Source: Takakia lepidozioides
Taxonomy: Eukaryota > Plantae > Bryophyta
Length of the DNA stretch: 64,000 bases
Reading direction: 5' to 3'
Assembly: GCA_030704615.1 (NCBI GenBank)
Contig: CM060731.1
Coordinates: 76,384,001-76,448,000, forward strand
The notes beneath the pieces were generated by a model. That model made no database searches. It had not been told where the DNA came from and was given only the letters and a program-made list of their open reading frames with translations. Of this stretch, positions 52,687 through 64,000 are shown one piece after another; the first letter of the stretch is position 1, and every line of letters begins with the position of its first letter. Both the position numbers and the translations under genes were made by a program.

Positions 52687-55600
52687 ATGTACTTATCCAC
52701 TATCATTGATTTCAATTCTGAATGGGGCTGGCGGAGGGTTGGTTGCAGTTTACTTCACACATGGAAGACCGGGGTGGTCTCTAACTGCCAAACTCTAGGT
52801 TGTGGCGGATTGGAGAAGCATATCATCAAAACTCACAATGCTGTTGCCGGGAGGAATGGAGACCTCACTGATATGGGGGAAGGCCATTCATCTCTTATGG
52901 AAGGAAGAAGTGCTGCAGAGCAAATGCACCCTTTGAAAAGGGAGAAGGAATTGGTCAAGACCAAACAGGCACACCAAGAGCCTGGGTCTACTGATCAAGC
53001 AGAAGGCAGCACTGGCAGAACACTAGGACTGCTGGTTGGCAGTGTATTACTGTTCTTAAGTCTTAGATTGGGTCTTGCCAAACCCGCTTTCTGTCAAAGC
53101 TTAGCTTCTCCTTCCTCCACTGTTACCTCTGCTTCATCACAGCAAGAGGAAGTTCAAGGACAAGGGAGGAATGAAGCAGGTTCATCAGTGATAGGAGAAA
53201 TGAAGGGAGAGGGGGAGGTGCCACAAAGTGGGGAGGCGGAGGAAAACTTGGCTCCAGGGGTTCAAGAGGGAGCAGATCTCCAAACTGATGAGGGTGGTGA
53301 GGCCAATGCTGCACCCGATGCAGCAGAGATGGTCTTAATTGACTTTTTGGAGCGGCACCCAGAGGATATGAAGACACTGCAGGGTCTGCTTTATTTGCGC
53401 CTTCGCAAGGGGGAGGTGCGAGCAGCACTTGAAGTGCTGGACAAGCTACTTGCATTGCAGCCAACCCACCTTCCATGGCAGCTTATGAAGGCCCAGGCGC
53501 TGGAGTTTGTTGGTGACTTGGAACAGGCACGCCATGCATTTGAAGGCATCCTTGAGGCCCATCCTTTATCTGCTCGGGCTTTGCAGGCATGCCAGACCTC
53601 CCACCTCCCACCTGTCCATCGTCCTATATGTGCATTGCAGGTGTGGGTTGTGTGTATAAGTGGTCAAGGTGTGAAAATCAAGAAGTAGATAAATAGACAC
53701 CAGCTGCCTGGGTCCATGACAGTACTTGTAGACTGCATCTAATAAGGTAAGAAGCAATCAAGACAAAGTCTCTTATAGATGAACAGAATTTGATTGAAGT
53801 TTAAGGAAAAACTGACACAATATCTATAAGTCTTGAGGACATGTTATCGTACTTCTGTGTCACATCCCAAATTTATGGGTTTATCCATCTGATTAAGACG
53901 TTACGTAAGGAGATTCCACAATCCTTAGCTTGATAGATAAAAGTAGGTCTTTTGATCTCTTCAACGTACAAAACAAGTTTATGACAGTTCTTGATATGAA
54001 AAACCCCTCCTCATACAGAAAAATTGTCTGTCACTTTATGATTGTCTAACCTGAATCATGAACCTTCTTGATGTGTAATTGACGCATGTTATACTGGTCA
54101 GCATTGGAACAGCCAGAGGTCCGTTTGTTCTCCATTTGTTTCAAGCAGAACTTGAGTTTTACCTGTGTTTTTTCGGTACTCCTGCTCGATGTATTATGGT
54201 GGCCTCCTTTTGTAATAATGGAGGTGCAAAAATTGTAGATTTCATAAGACTTGTTTGCTGTAGCCATGTGGCCATAGACCCCACGCCCAGCTTGGACGGA
54301 AATAGAGGGAATAGGCACAACCTTTGTGAGGGGCTCACTCCAGCAGTGGGACTTATTGTAGGCAATCAAAACATCGTAAACATAGGACATGGGTCTGCTT
54401 GCCAGAAATCCTTTGCACAAAGCCTATCACAGGTACCCCTTCACTACCAGCTGGCATTGAACTTGTGTGTCTGATTGTCCAGGAAACAAAGTGAATTGAT
54501 AAGCTATGCAAGAGAGGTGGGTGGCAATGGATGATGGTTGGAAAGTGGGAAGATTAGATTCTGACTTGTAACCAGGAATGTACAGCTGCTTGTGGGATGT
54601 AGGGGCTGGCAATCATAATGTCAAAGATGGGGGAAGACAAGCAGATGTTGGAGATGCTGCAGCGAGCAGTGAATGCAGCAGTGGAGGCCTCCCTGCCAAT
54701 TGAGGCAACCAACTTGCGCATGCTGCTGGGTCAAATGCATACCCTGCAGGTCAGTCCTTTACACCTGTGAGGCTAGACCAGAGTCTTGCTTAAGGCAAAT
54801 TTACTGAAACTTCCGAAGAGATATAAGAGTGAAAAGCCCTACATATGTTGTGTAGGTGGTATTTATCGAAAGGTTCTCATGTTTTCACAGACAAGCTGAT
54901 TTGTTAGCCATGAGGACAGAGTCTGGACAGCAGATCAGGAGAGTGCATCTGTGATTTGCAAATTAGCCTTTCTGATGGATGTGTCCATGTGGCCTGCAGG
55001 GCAACTTGCAGGAGGCAATGCAGCAGTATAGAGATGTTACGAAGGATAATCCTACAGACTTCCGGCCTTATCTTTGCCAGGCACACCCTCTCTCTTTCTT
55101 TTGTGCATATGGGGAGACTGCCTAACATTGTACAGTGAGTTGATCCTCTCGAGGAAATGGGAACCCAGCTTGTCTGTGCATGACCATAAGGATAGCCAAA
55201 TATTCTGCAGTATGATGGGTATGTTGTGAACAGGGGCTAGAAGCACTTAGAATCGCCAACAGGACTCGTCGCTCAGGTCAGGATGCTCAGAGAAATGCTG
55301 CGATCCGGATTTGTCCTCTATTCTGGGTCGTATTTCTTCATGGAGTGGCTTCATGGCAGATTGCAACTTACAGTTTGCACACATGAATGAGTTGTAGGAA
55401 AGTACATGAACTAGGTTCTAAGTAACTGGAAGGTCTTTTGTACATAGGACAGGTCATGGGCCTTTGTTGTAATGCAGTGGGTACGATCTGACATGCTGAA
55501 TTGTGCAATCTTCTGTACAGGGTTTGGTATACAGCATTTTAGGTGAGACAGATGAAGCAGAGAGGCAGTTCCGCAAGTATCGCAAGCTGTGTCCTGAGAC

Positions 55601-55778
55601 ATTTCCAAACCGGACCTACCTGGATGAACTTATGCTCAATGCCAAGACAGTGTCCCGCAAACTTCAGGACAGGGAGCGTCACATGTCCACATCTGGCAAA
55701 CATGCATTCAAGCCTCTGCGCCAACCCTCTGTTGGCAGTGCCTTTCCAAGTCCTGCTGGGGTTTCTTCTGACAACTGA
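52687..55778 (+). CDS. SLOW GREEN 1-like plastid TPR protein (exons ~52687-53586, 54603-54749, 55000-55080, 55521-55778)
   Basis: TPR helices and the family-typical P.DFRPYLCQ|GLVYSILGETDEAERQFRKY motif; exons join in phase 0; start uncertain. Confidence 0.8.
54248..54440 (-). mobile_element. Short 3'-end fragment of the LINE family at 59.0 kb (intronic)
   Basis: ttgtttgctgtagccatgtggccatagaccccacgcccagcttggacgg.. resembles 59026-59200; a shorter copy lies at ~26527-26585. Confidence 0.65.
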
Positions 55779-57266
55779 TAATCAGTCACTTTGGCAACCT
55801 GTTTTACGTAAGGAAGAGCTATGTCATGAAAGCATCGGTAAATAGCAATGGTTTAGTGCTAGGTATACCATTTTTGACCTAACGACTCACGAAATTTACC
55901 AGTAGTTGATCATGCAATGGTGGCGACTGGGTCCAAACTTCTAAAGACTATGTGGAGCTCTCCAAAAATTCATACACATGTATTGGGAGGTCAATTTTCC
56001 AGGACTTCTTCCAAGAGTTGCGTATGATGGCTCCCTACATAGCAAGGGGGCATGTGTGCCTCACAAACTATCTGATCTGTCTTGGGACGGGTAGTGGATA
56101 TGTTTATATGAAGATTACAGGGTAGAGATGGTCACTCGGGGGGGGGGGGGGGGGGCGACGTCCATGTGTACAGATTAAAACATGGCTGCCTGAGCAGATT
56201 GAAGCTCCCTTTCCACAGTAAAAATCGCCTGCCAACATGTCACAGCCTCACCATTGTGGCTTTAGCATTGGTAGTGTTACAGCACTAGTTGTACATGATT
56301 GATATGCATGGACTCTCACCAGTTTGGTGTTGTCCTTGTCTATCAGATTTCAAAAGAAAGGTTTCAGGTGAGGACCTTTCAATTTGGAGTCATCTGCAAT
56401 ATGCCATTCTGCGATGTGGATATGTTATCAGTTTTCACCCCCTGCTCTTCCCTTGATTGTTTGTACTACTTGAATAAAATTTCATCTTACTCCAGAGCAA
56501 GTACAACTCTTGTTTTTAAATCTCACAAAAAAAGGTCAAGTATCTCTGAGAGTTGAGTGCTCATCCAGGATATGTTCTACACAACCCAGCCCAAGTCCAG
56601 TTAACTTGCTGCTGCGTGCCTGCTTACCAAGTTTGAGGACACGAGTGTATGCCCAGTTGAAAATCTTGTAGGGAGGTGTTTGATCTGAAGCAATTTTGGA
56701 GAAGCCAGTTGATATTTGAAGTTCTCATCTCGTGGCAGGCATGGCTTGCATCGTCCTGAATCCTGATTTAGATCAGAAGCTGGGTGGAAGTGTGCCTTCC
56801 TAGAGAAAGTGAAGAAGGATCCTATAGGCAACCCAATCGGGAATGAGAGTGGTTCGCTGGAAGCATCTTGTCAGAATGTGGATCTTCATGTCCAGCTTTT
56901 TTTGGTTTTCTATCCTAAGTTAGCACTCGACGAGTGGAGATCATTTGCATTCCACTTAAAGAATTTGCGATTCTAGATCAGGCCCAGGAAGTCTTCAATC
57001 TAGAGCCAAAGTTATGTTCACAACGGAAGGTCAGCGAAGCCTCAAAACAAGCAGAGAAGAAGTTTTCCCGACGAAGAGCGTCGTCTTGAACGAGAAGGTA
57101 GCGAAGAAGAGCTTCCGGCGGTGTATCACGTCTACATCCATCTACGATTCAAGTTACCAGTCAAGCTCTGGTTCGGAGGACCTTGCATTTGAAAGTGGGC
57201 CCTGTACTAGCCACTCTGAAATCGCTGGACCAGAAGGCAGTGCAATCTTCAGAGAAGGGAAGCAGA

Positions 57267-60200
57267 ATGGGTGAGAGGGCGGGTATGGTTATAGTGGGCG
57301 CGGGCCCAGCAGGGCTACTATTGGCAAACATGCTGTTGCAGGGGCAGCCCAAGCCAGAGCTTCTGCCTGTTCGCATTTTCGAAGCGCGTGATGATCCTCG
57401 CATTCCATTGCCTCCGTAAGCCGCTCTAACTATCTCATATTCAAAACTAGAGGCTGTTTCAGCAAGCCCTGATGTGTGAAATTCCTGGAGCTGGCTCTGT
57501 TGGGGTGAGGTACTCATGCCGAATAGAGTCATAGCCACCAAGAAGATTATCGCAAGTGAGGCATTTTTCCAATTGTCAGATTTATGTTACAGTGCATTTT
57601 TCATTATGCATTTCTCCCTGTGCATGTCTCTCCATTGTCTTAGGCCAATTCCAGTCGCTTCAGAGTGTCCAGCTTCAAAACCGGGCTCCTATGAATGATT
57701 AGCAGGGTCGGAACGTGAATCGTGGAATTCGAAAAAGTGGTGAAGCAATGTGGGAAATCCTCGAGTAGTATCAGCATGGAGGGGGTGAATTTCCTTCTGT
57801 TTATATTTACCTTCCTTCTGTTTCAATCACAAGATTTCGTGGAGTAGTTGGTCTCGCCAAATAGAACGTTCACCAAGTGATCATTAGACTGCTCCCAGGA
57901 AATTTCGTTTAACAGATTAAGGACACAGTAATGCATGTTTAAGGCATTCCATCTTTTGCTGTCTATACATAGTCCAGTATCTCCCAAATGATTCTCCCTG
58001 TATGGCAGTTACCAATCGAGGCAATACTGTGTGGGACTGAGTGCACGAGGCCAGGATGCAATAAAGAGAGTGGAAGGACTGTGGGAGGGGGTGGCGAAAG
58101 AGGGCATGCCTACGTCCCAGTTCGTGCTGCACTCAGGCACCAGGAGCATCTCCTTGAAACGTAACCCAGAGAAGCCATCGCTACTCATTAACCAGCGTGC
58201 CTTAGCAGCCGCGTTTTTAACAAACTTGGAGCGCCGGTGGCCCAAGGACCACCTACAGGTCGCCTCTGTATTACACCTTGTCAACTTCTGCCCTATTTCT
58301 CTCCTTATGTGTTTCATTTAGTCTTTGATCTGTACTTAAATGCTCCAATCCCTCAACACGATTGTTATACCTCCACTGAACTGCCAGTAGTGGTCTATTA
58401 CTCTTTGCCAGCTTCTGCCTTTGGCAAACTGCCCTTACTTGCGCAAGTTTTATACCCCTGGTTTGGAGTTCTTTCTTTTGTCTTTAAAGAAAAAGGGTGC
58501 AAGCCCACACACAACGTGGGAACATTGCCTATGTACAGGATCTAGAACTGCCATAGAACTGCTAGCCAATCTGAGTCACCATAAGCATCGAATGAACTGA
58601 CGATCCCCTTGAGCCCAACAATATTTCCATTCCTAATGGTTGTTTGCTGATGGGTCTGTGAGGTACTGAAACTTTAGTTCTCCCATTCACTGATCGTTGA
58701 AATTTGTCCAGATGGGCTTTGATCAAGTCGTGTTGTCTCGGACACGGTGCAATGGTGACTGCATTGATCCAACACACTTGCAATGAGGTGGGCCTCGGTC
58801 GAAGCGGTGTTTGGATTTGAAATGGAGGGAAAATGCACTGTAAAATGCAGTTTCTCTGGTTTTGCTCTGAAGAAGAGTGGCTAAATTTTTGTCCGTACAG
58901 GTACATTTTGGCGTGTGGTGTGTGAGAGCCAACTTTGGGGCCCAGAGTGGACAGACCAGTTCTGTACAACCTTTTAGTAGGTGCAGATGGGTCCAGGTCA
59001 GAACTGAGATTGTACTCATTAGACGTTGTTTGCCGTAGCCTTGTGGCCATTGACCCCGTGCCCAGTTTGAGCGGGAACAAAAGGGACAGAACCTACCTCT
59101 GTCAGGGGCTGACGTTGGTAGTAAGACTTACCTTCATATATAGAATTAATCCGGGTTTTCCAGATATCCTCTAGAAATCCCTTCACACAAGCATCAATCT
59201 GCTGTGTGTGATTTGCCCAAAAACTAGGCCTCAGGAGGGCCTGGCTTTTGGCTCAGCCTCGAGACTTTCAAAGTTGGTAAACAGGGGTACAGGCACAATT
59301 CCCTTGATAGATTTGAAGAGAGCGTCTCTTTGGTGAGAGAACCCCGGACAGTGTATCAGAAAATGAATACTGTCTTCAGATTGCCCACACAACGGGCAAT
59401 TGCACTCTCCCTTTCCTCTCTGCTTCTGTTTGCTGTTCAAAGGTAGGCTTCCTGCTGAGTTTAAATTTCAGTCTAGTGCCGAGAGTGGGTAGACCCTTGA
59501 GGTCATCCAAGATGTCCTCCCCCATGTCACTGACTGGAAACAAGTTCAGGGAAGTTTTCTGCCCAACTTCATTTTCATCAGACAATCTCATGGCAACAGA
59601 CATGGCTTTGGACACTACAGCCTCTAAGTCAGATTTATCCAGCAGGGTCAAGACTTGCGGATCCAGGTCTAGGTCCTTGAGAATCTCTTCTACTCTCTTC
59701 TGCCAGGACTTAGCCTGTTTGACAGGGCGGTCCTGTTTCCAAGATATAGAGTCGATTAACTTAGGATATCTGGTGTTGGGCATATGTTGCAGCTGACCCC
59801 ACCATCTGACCTTGAATTCATCTCGTCGGGAGCTTAAGGACGGAATGCCAAACTCACCCCGAACAGCCACATTGGCTGTTTTGGAGCATGCTGACATACA
59901 CTCCTTAAGCACCCCCACTTGAATGGATTCTAGAGACTTGAGAAGTGAGAAATGAGTTCATTCGCCATCGTGGCTTTGACTATCAACAGACTAACATGCC
60001 CTACACTTTTAAAGTTCTGTATGTCACTAAGCACCATACTCAGCACTTTCTAGGATATGTTCCATTGCATCAAGCTGTTGGCATTATTAAATTGTGTGTA
60101 TCAGTTCTCTTGCAATCACCCAACCCTCTTCGTTTCTCTCTCTTTCGCACTCAAAGGCATCCTTGAGCACACTCCAGAGATCGAATTGGTGATCTCTCAG

Positions 60201-60532
60201 TTATGGTCTAATATTTACTAGATTGTTAGCTAACAATTATACAGTTTTGCCTCATACAGGATGTTGTCATGCTTGAGAGGTTAATACAAGAGGAGGACGA
60301 TATAGACATTGCCCTAGAGAGGTATTCACAATACCAGGCTCGTGAAGACCATGCGGCTGCCTACTTGTCAGAATTTGCATTCCCCCAGGTGCGCTGGGTT
60401 CTTCCCTTCTTCTATCTTGGCAACATTGCCACACCTGCTTTGAGTAAAGTTTTTCCACCATCAATTCTTGCTCCTTCCATTCAGAGCCTCTGCTCTGAGA
60501 CACTCACTTCGTATTCTGAGGTAAGACAGTAA
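57267..60532 (+). pseudogene. Kynurenine 3-monooxygenase-like FAD-dependent monooxygenase, disrupted
   Basis: VIVGAGPAGLLLA..IFEARDDPR; YCVGLSARGQDAIK; YNLLVGADGSRSE | LINE | VRNEFIRHRGFDYQQT..FKVL; last exon DVVMLERLI..ALERYSQ. Frameshift near 58930, exonic LINE insertion, and no GDAAH exon found. Confidence 0.7.
59010..59940 (-). mobile_element. 5'-truncated LINE (ORF2 C-terminus and 3' UTR)
   Basis: KTANVAVRGEFGIPSLSSRR..RWWGQL..RYPK (post-RT region) and CPLCGQSEDSIHFLIHCP (C-terminal zinc knuckle); TSD-like AGAACTGAGA (59000-59009) and AGAAGTGAGA (59941-59950). Confidence 0.85.
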
Positions 60533-62109
60533 CTTCATTACCAGTTAAGTTCTTGTGCTTGCTTTGACCACTTTGGCTACCATCACAAGTGTGAGTGAGG
60601 TGTGAAACAAAGATCCCTTCAAGAATTTTTGTTCTAAGGGAGTTGGGAAGAGACTAGTTTGATCAGCTATGGTTGAAAGTGTCTGTTGCCTGGCGAAAGA
60701 TAAGCTTGCATTGATCTAGAAAATTGCATGTCAGAGGCTTGTTGACAAGATGGATGGTGTAAATGTGTGTAGATTGAACGCAAACATCAATGATGGCTGT
60801 CATTTGTGGAGCTTACCAATAAGATGGCCTCTGCCAAAGGACCAAGCAGCTAGTAACCCCATTTAGAGATGAGTGTAAAGTTGTGCTTCGGTAGGATCCT
60901 GGGCTTTCCTATTAATCAGAAGCAGAGTCTCACTCACCACCTGCTGGTGTACATCCTTCCAGGTGGATGGCCTGTGAAGTGCTGACATTATGAAATAAAA
61001 ACTTAAAAGAACCAAGCAAGTTCTACTATGGTCCCACCCATGTATGGTTATGGTGTATTTAGTTATCTAAAGAATCATAAGAGTGGACTCTTGATTTCTC
61101 AGGTAGGCTTGAACTCTCCAGATAGCTATGGGTAAGCACTGACAGCATGACCAACATTGGAACTTCTGTACAGCTTTTGGCTTCCAATTTGGCAGCTTGC
61201 ATATACAATGTATACCAATCCCTGTCATGTGTAAACATAGGTTCCTCAGCATACATGAGACGGTCCAGTCACAAAGAGCTGACAATTTAAAACATGAGCC
61301 TGCAATCGCTTTAAGTACTTTCTCCCAACCTTCCAATAGACTGCCCCTGTACCAGAGGACTGTAAGAGCATTGCAGTTTCAAGAAGCTTCAAGTTATCCA
61401 GACTGGGCATCGTTTCCTACTGACAGGTCCTATCGTACATGACGAAGGATCACAATCTGTCACAAACTCAGGCGCACCACACATCTACAAGATTTATTGT
61501 GAACAGAGTGTAAGCATCCCAACTGCTAACATAGTTGCAAGGGGGAATTCATACTTAGAACTTCAGGTCTCAAGATAGACGTACTAAGGCTCCGAGCGCC
61601 AGGCCTGTTGATCTGTTGCGTCTGTGATCTGAGATAAAGGCTAGCCTTATCCCGGTGACTCAGTGATTGTTGGGTTCTTGCGCCGTTCGTTGATGGGTAC
61701 CCATGACTGCCTCGGATTCATGGCCTGTCATGGCTTGGATGATGGCGACTTCGTGCAATCGATGGGCCGGCAAGCTTCTTCAACCGCCCTCTAACAATGT
61801 TGACGTCTTAGCAGAGACTGTGTCTGCTGATCAACCCACCTCCGAAGCAACATCTGTGATCCACTAACGGTTGTTCTTTCACCTTTCATCTTTTATCTTT
61901 TATTGTGTTTAATAGCCTTTAAGTTAATTATAGCTCCCTTTGCCACGATTGGCAACCCAAAAAAGGATTGGCTAGGGCGGGGGTCACTGTTCTTGGCTTT
62001 GATTGAACCACGAGTATTTATGCAAAGACCTTGTTTCTACTTCTCGCTTCAGTCTCTCACCGCAGACCGTGGTGAAGTCCCGAGTTGAAGAGAGATTCTC
62101 AGCATCGCC

Positions 62110-63396
62110 TTGAAAATGTCTGCGCGCAAGGTTTGTCGCTGGGATCTCTTAGGGTGTCGTCCTGATCCACCAGTGCTCGTGTTCACGGACAAGGAGGTCA
62201 TGGACAAGGAGGTGTGGAGTAGGCTACCGTGCGACTTACTGGACAGAGTGTTGGCACGCGTACCTTGTAGAGATCTCTTCCGCTTACTGACGGTGTGCAA
62301 GAGGTGGCGATCCCTGCCCGCAACTCCAGGTTTTATTCATCTTTGCAATCAAGTAGGTCCCCATCAAATATTGGAGCCGTTCTTCCTCTTTTGCTTGGCT
62401 GATGATAGCATATCAGGCATGGTTATGGAGTTTTGGGATCCTTCAAGGGGCATGTTGCACAAGATGGACCTCTCATTTCTTACACCTCATTGGTTTCATT
62501 GTGACGCAATAGAAGGACAAGGTGTGTCACACCATCAACCATCTTCGCACATCCATTCTGCAGATGGAGGTCTCTTTTCCATCAAATCAAGCTGTATCTG
62601 TGGGGATTTACACTTCACAGTGTTCAACCCAATGTCGAAGTGTAGCAGACGACTACCTCCAGTGCCGACAATTTACCGAGAAGATAGCAAAAACTCTGTG
62701 GGGCAATTGGTGGTGGATAGCCGTACCGGTGGGTACAAGCTTATACTGGTATTTGGTGCAACTTTGCCTACCGGAGGAGTTGGAGTGAATAAGACTTTGG
62801 TCTACGACTCTATCTCCGACTCGTGGAATGAGACAGGAAACATGCCTGCACCTCCACTGGGCGACGGATTTTTGAAGTTAGCCAAATGTGGGAACCTGAT
62901 ATACGCCATGATCTATCCGGAGACCTCTCGTCGACTTCAAGCTGGATCACTCTTCTACAAATTCTTTGCATATGACATACTTGGCACTGGAGTGTGGGCG
63001 GAGGTTCGGACACAGATCCCCTGCAATCACGCAAGTTCATTTGCATATTTGGTGGAAAGTCGGGGCCACTTGTTGCTGGCTGGAGTTGAGACGAGTAGCA
63101 GACTTAGTGCTCCGTGTTTATGGGAATTGAATGGCTCCAGTCGAGAGTGGAAGCAGTTGCCAAAAATTCCTGAGAAAATATCACACGATTTCTTTGGTGA
63201 TCGTCATCAATGTGGCAGATGGTGGTGGGCATGGCGTGCGGAAGGGTGTGGTGATAAAGTAATTGTGATGCGCTTCAAGTCACGGCAAGTGTTGGTGTTT
63301 GACACTCTACAAAAATCATGGGAGGCACTTCCCTATGATTGTCAGTACAGTAGGCCGCCCAAGGCTGGAAAGTTTTGTATAGGAGTAAATGTGTAA
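62110..63396 (+). CDS. F-box protein with kelch/FBA-like C-terminal propeller (first ATG at 62116 or 62200)
   Basis: Intact intronless ORF; F-box WSRLPCDLLDRVLARVPCRDLFRLLTVCKRWRSL; typical VFNPMSKCSRRLPP, YKLILV, VYDSISDSW, LVESRGHLLL, VLVFD..SW. Confidence 0.92.
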   Translation: MKMSARKVCRWDLLGCRPDPPVLVFTDKEVMDKEVWSRLPCDLLDRVLARVPCRDLFRLLTVCKRWRSLPATPGFIHLCNQVGPHQILEPFFLFCLADDSISGMVMEFWDPSRGMLHKMDLSFLTPHWFHCDAIEGQGVSHHQPSSHIHSADGGLFSIKSSCICGDLHFTVFNPMSKCSRRLPPVPTIYREDSKNSVGQLVVDSRTGGYKLILVFGATLPTGGVGVNKTLVYDSISDSWNETGNMPAPPLGDGFLKLAKCGNLIYAMIYPETSRRLQAGSLFYKFFAYDILGTGVWAEVRTQIPCNHASSFAYLVESRGHLLLAGVETSSRLSAPCLWELNGSSREWKQLPKIPEKISHDFFGDRHQCGRWWWAWRAEGCGDKVIVMRFKSRQVLVFDTLQKSWEALPYDCQYSRPPKAGKFCIGVNV

Positions 63397-64000
63397 TGTT
63401 GAATGATCATTTCATGGATCACAGTTGCAAGTTTTATGACTCTTGGTTAAGTTTAGTGTCCAAGACATGTGGGGGAATCAAGGCAATGTTCAACTCTGAG
63501 TTGTGGGCCTGCACGGAGGAGGCATTTGGCAAGGTCGGGTGTCGTTCCTGCAGCTCCTTCCGAGGCCACATCTCTTAATTCTTCCCATATCTTTTCCATC
63601 AAAAGTCTGAACTGCAGTTGAGGAAAGGAAAACTAGTCTCTATATGTCACCCTGAAGCTTCTCTTGTGCGAGATTGGGCGCTGAAATGTTGGACTAACCT
63701 ACACTATCTTTTATTTGTTTTGTTTGAAGAAGACCACAAAAAACTAGAGACAAATCCGACACTGTCGTGTAATTTATGAGAATAAGAGTCCAAAGAGAAC
63801 GCAGACCAGGTGGGTGAGATTGCGAAGTAAATTTATACAGATACCTGCAGGGGTCATAATCATGCGTCAATGATCAAAGCAACTGTAGATTTTGATGGGT
63901 ATTCATGAGGTTTTTATGAAGAGTGTCCATCTCAAGCTATGGTAGGTTTTGTAGAAATGCCCATCTATTTCAAGCTGAGACTCTCCTTAGTGCTGCATAA

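Noticed and set aside
56138-56155. Long poly-G run
   Set aside because: Isolated homopolymer with no adjacent LTR or other supporting structure.

Overview
Eukaryotic nuclear DNA from a land plant. PLS-type PPR fragments, spliceosomal introns and plant gene families suggest a non-seed plant such as a bryophyte or lycophyte, but the lineage is inferred. Host genes: a multi-exon Treslin/TICRR-like gene (~12.3-19.1 kb, +), a Moco-sulfurase-like PLP-fold protein (-), a LON N-terminal-domain protein (-), an SG1-like TPR protein (+), a kynurenine-monooxygenase-like FAD gene broken by a LINE, and an F-box protein (+). The rest is a transposon landscape: a non-autonomous CACTA, hAT MITEs, a non-autonomous Helitron family with head-to-tail junctions and amplified 3' ends, a mosaic of host gene fragments (OSB, RLK, PPR, possibly ATG18), and a Ulp1-protease-bearing block. 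The standout is a degenerate Ty3/Gypsy retrotransposon (~36.2-41.85 kb) whose pol carries a C5 cytosine DNA methyltransferase catalytic domain (motifs I, II, IV, VI, VIII, IX, X) between protease and reverse transcriptase. The element is cut off before integrase by an inverted, internally deleted copy of the F-box locus. All calls are from manual reading; no database searches were run.
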